64,000 nucleotides of DNA from positions 8,494,001 to 8,558,000 of the forward strand of contig NC_043011.1 in NCBI RefSeq assembly GCF_006345805.1. Reading direction: 5' to 3'. Every line of letters begins with the position of its first letter. The first letter of the stretch is position 1. A model generated the notes under the pieces. The model was not told the DNA's origin. It was given only the letters and a program-made list of their open reading frames with translations, and did not search any database. This document shows positions 61,979 to 64,000 of this stretch, one piece after another. Both the position numbers and the translations under genes were made by a program. Origin of the DNA: Octopus sinensis (taxonomy: Eukaryota).

Positions 61979-62014
61979 CTTTTACGTTTCGAGCCTACGC
62001 TCTTCCACAGAAAG
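61979..62014 (-). ncRNA. Minimal hammerhead-like motif, A6U core variant
   Basis: CTTT-CTGTGGA-A-GAGC(GTAG)GCTC-GAAA-CG-TA-AAAG; stem I CTTT/AAAG. Confidence 0.55.
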
Positions 62015-62077
62015 GACACAGAAAGAAACAAGGAGAGAAAAAATGTGTGTGTAGTGCCTAGCGATCTATCATGGCGA

Positions 62078-62139
<62 letters not shown>

Positions 62140-62431
62140 TATAATTAAAACCTCTAAGGATGGTTAAAACCAAAGATGCTCCTGCCGATTACCTGCGTAT
62201 GTACAGTCCTTGGTAACAGATATACGGTGGCAGGTAATTCAGCAGGTAAACCGTAGTTTAAATTATATGCAAGAAGAAAATGTAGGAAAAATAACAGGAA
62301 ATTGTTCGTTTGCGCTAGTAAGCCAACGACCAACTTCTTCCTCTTATTTTCCCTCCATTTTCTTGTATGTATGTATGTATGTATGTATGTATGTATGTAT
62401 GTATGTATGTATGTATGTATGTATGTATGTA

Positions 62432-62490
<59 letters not shown>

Positions 62491-62532
62491 GTGTGTGTGT
62501 GTGTTGTGTGGTGTGTGTTGTGTGTGTGTGTG

Positions 62533-62564
<32 letters not shown>

Positions 62565-62590
62565 ATGTTGTATGTATGTATGTATGGATG

Positions 62591-63014
<424 letters not shown>

Positions 63015-63466
63015 TTTGAATTTACAAAAACACAAAAGACGAGGACAGGTGTGTAAACAACAGGTGTGTTAGATTTACAATCCAATAATTTATTTATATT
63101 ACAATATTACATCAAATACTATATAAGACGAAACAATTTGTTGGCCTTTTATGGATTTTATAATTGTTTATATAATATAATGTTATGTTATATATAATAT
63201 ATTCATAATATTTAATGTAATATTGTAATATAAATAAATTATTGAATGTCAGTATATCTCAATATTTAATTTATCTTTATTATTGAATTATACCAATTTA
63301 TATGGTATCCAACTGAAGTACCAGTGAATTGGTTGTTTAACACATCCCTTTGAAGGATTTCTTCTCAGTTTGTTACTTTTAATATATATATATATATAAA
63401 TTTTTTTGCGTAATGCGATAAAAAAAACCAAGGCTGTGTAGATTTTAGAACATTTACAGATAGAAT

Positions 63467-63518
63467 GTCTTACAGCTGTTTCCAGGATATTTATTAATTA
63501 TATCTCTTCATCGGAGAC
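63467..63518 (-). ncRNA. Type I hammerhead-like motif, U4C core variant
   Basis: GTCT-CCGATGA-AGAGATAT(AATTAATAA)ATATCCTG-GAAA-C-AGCT-G-TA-AGAC; palindromic ACAGCTGT stem III. Confidence 0.65.
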
Positions 63519-63769
63519 GGTGTGAGAGGATGGTTAAGCAATAGTTAGTTAATTTAGATAAGATATAGAATAGAGAGTGAGGTGGAGGAAATAAAAGATG
63601 TGAGATATGTAGGGATATTGAATTTGTAGATCCATTTTTTAAGGGCAGAATGGTATACATATAAAATTCCAATGTCTTGTGAGTAAAATCCAAAAGTATT
63701 TAAAATAGGTCATTCCAACTATACAGTTTATACACAGTGTTATAGAATCAAGGGTTTTATTTAAAGTGA

Positions 63770-63803
<34 letters not shown>

Positions 63804-63804
<1 letters not shown>

Positions 63805-64000
63805 GTTAAAAAAAGTATCGGACTTTATTTTTTCCCGCCAAAATTAATACAGCTTAGGAAAAGCCTTTGGATGGGAGGTGATGCTACCCTTCCTGCACAC
63901 GTATAAAGATTTTCGTGCCGGTAGACTGCGTCAGTTCCCAGCTGTTAGGCCTAGAGTACAGACGTATAGTGTGCGCTCGTTGGATCTTTGGTCTTCACGC
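63804..64000 (+). mobile_element. Possible mariner-type element left end (runs off the window)
   Basis: TA followed by ..AAAAAGTATCGGACT, resembling mariner TIRs; no partner end visible. Confidence 0.35.

Overview
This is AT-rich, microsatellite-saturated animal genomic DNA with one 100-N gap (7537-7636). The SINE families look like those of Octopus, recalled from memory and not verified. I found no convincing host gene; almost all ORFs in the supplied track are translations of simple repeats. Identifiable coding sequence is all transposon-derived: a near-intact Penelope-like element (RT plus GIY-YIG, Neptune-type, one frameshift), a 5'-truncated CR1 RT with one nonsense codon, a full-length dead mariner, a Tc1/mariner fragment, and RTE and L1/Tx1 remnants. 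There are also MITEs and dozens of tRNA-head SINEs. The main unannotated signal is a set of about 12 loci with type I hammerhead-ribozyme folds or remnants, from several sequence-unrelated families, mostly next to (TA)n tracts. Three loci are palindromes or inverted repeats with a complete hammerhead on each strand (5491-5807, 5915-6046, 51709-52046). A fourth has one complete and one truncated copy (9215-9505). The Penelope-like element itself ends in a minimal hammerhead with a compensatory U3-A8 core and has a 3' array of seven CRE + CCAAT modules at fixed 12-nt spacing. All RNA folds were done by eye and need computational and in vitro confirmation.
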